DNA of 64,000 nucleotides from Felis catus. Its lineage: Eukaryota. The DNA is taken from assembly GCF_018350175.1 (NCBI RefSeq), contig NC_058368.1, positions 9,610,001-9,674,000 of the forward strand, read 5' to 3'. Shown piece by piece: positions 61,884 through 64,000 of this stretch. Each line of letters begins with the position of its first letter. Position 1 is the first letter of the stretch. The translations under genes were made by a program, and so were the position numbers. The notes below the pieces were generated by a model, which was not told the DNA's origin, ran no database searches, and worked only from the letters and a program-made list of their open reading frames with translations.

Positions 61884-62075
61884 GGGGCGCCTGGGTGGCC
61901 CAGTCGGTTAACCATCCAACTTTTGACTTCAGCTGGGGTCACGATTTTTACAGTTCTTGAGATCAAGCCCCGAGCTGGGTTTCGCAATGAGCAGGGAGCC
62001 TGATTGGGATCCTCTCCCTCCCTCTCTCTCTGTCCCTCCCCTGCTCTCTGTCTCAAAATAAATCAGCATAAAAAC
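61884..62075 (+). mobile_element. Older CAN-SINE
   Basis: TSD ataagatttatcg / ataagaattattg. Confidence 0.9.
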
Positions 62076-62604
62076 ATAAGAATTATTGACATCATGAACC
62101 CCTTGGTCTGACGCCCTGAGAAGTGCACATCACTTCTATGGTGTTCTTGCTAAAAATTCATGAAAAATCAACAGGCAAACCCAAATCCAGGGACACTCTA
62201 CAAAATAACTGACTGGTAGTCAAAATAACTGACTGGTAGTTTTGTTGTTGTGGTTGTTTTCAATAGTGACAAAATCATGAACAACAAGGAAAGACTGAGG
62301 AACTGTGACAGACTGGAGGAGATTGAGGAGAAATGGCAATTAAATGCAGTGTGCGATCCTGGGGAGGGGCCATCAGTGAAAACAACTGGCAAACTCCCTC
62401 TAAACCTATAGTTTAGTTAATAGTATTTGTACCAAAATTAATTTCTTAGTTTTTGTCATTGTACCAAGATTCTAGAAGACGTAAACACTAGGGGAAGCTC
62501 GGTGAGGGATATACGAAAACCCTCTGTGCTATTTTCACTCTTCTGTAAGCCTGAAATTATTGCAAAATAAAGGTTGTGTGTGTGTTTTTTAAAGTACATA
62601 CTAT

Positions 62605-62713
62605 GGGGCGCCTGACTGGCTCACTCGAAAGAGCATGCGACTCTTGATCTCGGGATCGTGAGTTCGAGCCCCACATAGGGTGCAGAGATTACTCAAATAA
62701 ATAACTTTTGAAA
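62605..62713 (+). mobile_element. Short-type CAN-SINE
   Basis: TSD aaagtacatactat / aaagtacctactgt. Confidence 0.9.
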
Positions 62714-63341
62714 AAGTACCTACTGTGGTAAAATGTCATTTTACATCCTTAGCTGACCTGTCACAGCGAGGTACCTCCGATGTGTACTCACGGATGCACG
62801 TGGCACCAGTACTTAATCCTAATGGCGAATTCTGGTGCCTGGACCCGCTGGTTGGCTGATTCTCCCCGCTACATCGGCCAACAGGTTTGGCCAGAATTCC
62901 GAGGCCTTGGACTTTGCTGGCTGAGAAAAAGGGGAAAGGGAGCAAACGGCCAGGGGGTAGAGCGGCTTTCAGCTCCCACCCTGCAGAGCTCCGACCTCAA
63001 CCTCTCCGGAAGCCACTCCTCTTGGGTCTGAAAGATCACAGAAGGCATAGTCTAGGTGGGAACTAGACCATCTGTTTATGCCCTCGGAATTGTAAAAGCG
63101 ATCCCCGTGTTTACAAACCCGAGCTTACATGTCACGTTTGTTGGGCAATAACTAAGTAGCTGCCAGGCCGTGGCAGGGTTTCTCCCCTTCAGACGCTCCT
63201 CCCCGAGGAAGCAGGTCAGGTCCTGAAAGGTGGTTCTCAATCGCACTGTTTATCACCCCGGTTGCCGACAAGGAGTTTCCACTTGCAGCCCTCAGACTGG
63301 GGGCCGTCAGACAGGAGTGTTTCAAGATCAAGCACATGCAC

Positions 63342-63563
63342 GGGAGGCCTGGGTGGCTCAGTTGGTTGAGCCCCTGACTCTCCATCTCCGCTCAGGTCAC
63401 GATCCCAGGGTTGTGGGATGGAGCCCCGCATTGGGCTCGGCACTGAGTGCAGAGCCCGCTTGGGACTCTCTCTCTCCCTCTGCCCCTCTCCCCCGCTCAC
63501 GTTCTGTCTCTCTAAAATAAAAATTTTAAAGTATATATTTAAAAAATTGTGTTAATAAATAAA
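63342..63563 (+). mobile_element. CAN-SINE
   Basis: TSD atcaagcacatg. Confidence 0.92.
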
Positions 63564-64000
63564 ATCAAGCACATGTTCCCCCCTCTTGGCCGATAGATGT
63601 TCCCCCTGGCATATTTTCCCCAACAAAGCTGTTCTTCACTGCATCGAAAACACATTAAGGGAGAGAAGATCTGCAAATATTGTGGGAATCTCCTTAACTT
63701 GTATCCACCGCCCCCCTAGACTCTGAAGTCAGGCACTTCAAAGGGGCCTTGTAAGGAGGAAATATCCATGGCCTGGGGCAAGCAAATCATCACTCCGGCC
63801 TCTGTTTCTGCAAAATCCTGGTCTGCTCCTGAAGGAGGCTGGTAGGCTCTTTGTGGACGGGAGCCTGCAAGCCATGGCACTTCGAACCCTTTCGTTTTTG
63901 TCTATTGCCTGTCCTATTTCTTGCTGATTACCGACTGCAGAAGCAAGGCAGCTTCTATATATTACACAGTTACCCTTTGTCCCTTAGAACCTCCTCTAAT

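Larger units (their letters stand above)
59570..62575 (+). mobile_element. L1MC-type long 3' end, split by five SINEs
   Basis: gagaaccaggcctctcacggtcagagaaagaagttac; gaagcaatgacaccccagtaac; aaagactgaggaactg; ctgtaagcctgaaattattgcaaaataaa. Confidence 0.85.

Noticed and set aside
61185..62075. Regularly spaced repeats resembling a CRISPR or satellite array
   Set aside because: Units are ~200-bp SINEs of different ages with no spacers; this is eukaryotic DNA
462..63563. Recurrent ORFs such as WVAQSVKRPTSAQV... and GQRETEHERGRG... that look like a gene family
   Set aside because: They are translations of CAN-SINEs on either strand
462..63563. tRNA-like A/B boxes (tggctcagtcgg, gttcgagccc)
   Set aside because: These are SINE heads derived from tRNA; each continues into a SINE body and lacks a complete cloverleaf

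Overview
Mammalian non-coding DNA, almost certainly from a felid (cat family). The window holds about 50 carnivore tRNA-derived CAN-SINEs (SINEC), many of the young feline type, and a young feline L1 3' end. It also holds older eutherian L1M/HAL1, L2/MIR, MaLR/ERVL LTR and hAT/TcMar fossils. I could not support any host protein-coding exon, tRNA, rRNA or CRISPR array. Nearly all listed ORFs are chance readings of SINEs, microsatellites or GC-rich DNA; the only recognisable protein is an L1 ORF2 C-terminal fragment. The non-repeat DNA looks like a regulatory landscape: an orphan CpG island at ~30.6-31.6 kb, a dense GATA/MEF2/TBX/PBX motif cluster at ~19.6 kb and an NF-kB/CRE/ETS-IRF cluster at ~36.6 kb. 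I see no evidence of a new gene system. The most notable items are retrotransposition oddities (an orphan poly(A)/TSD insertion, a SINE 3' transduction, re-used target sites, microsatellites born inside TSDs), a + strand bias of SINEs and the candidate enhancers. Repeat family names come from my recollection of consensus sequences and need RepeatMasker/Dfam confirmation. The host locus is unidentified.
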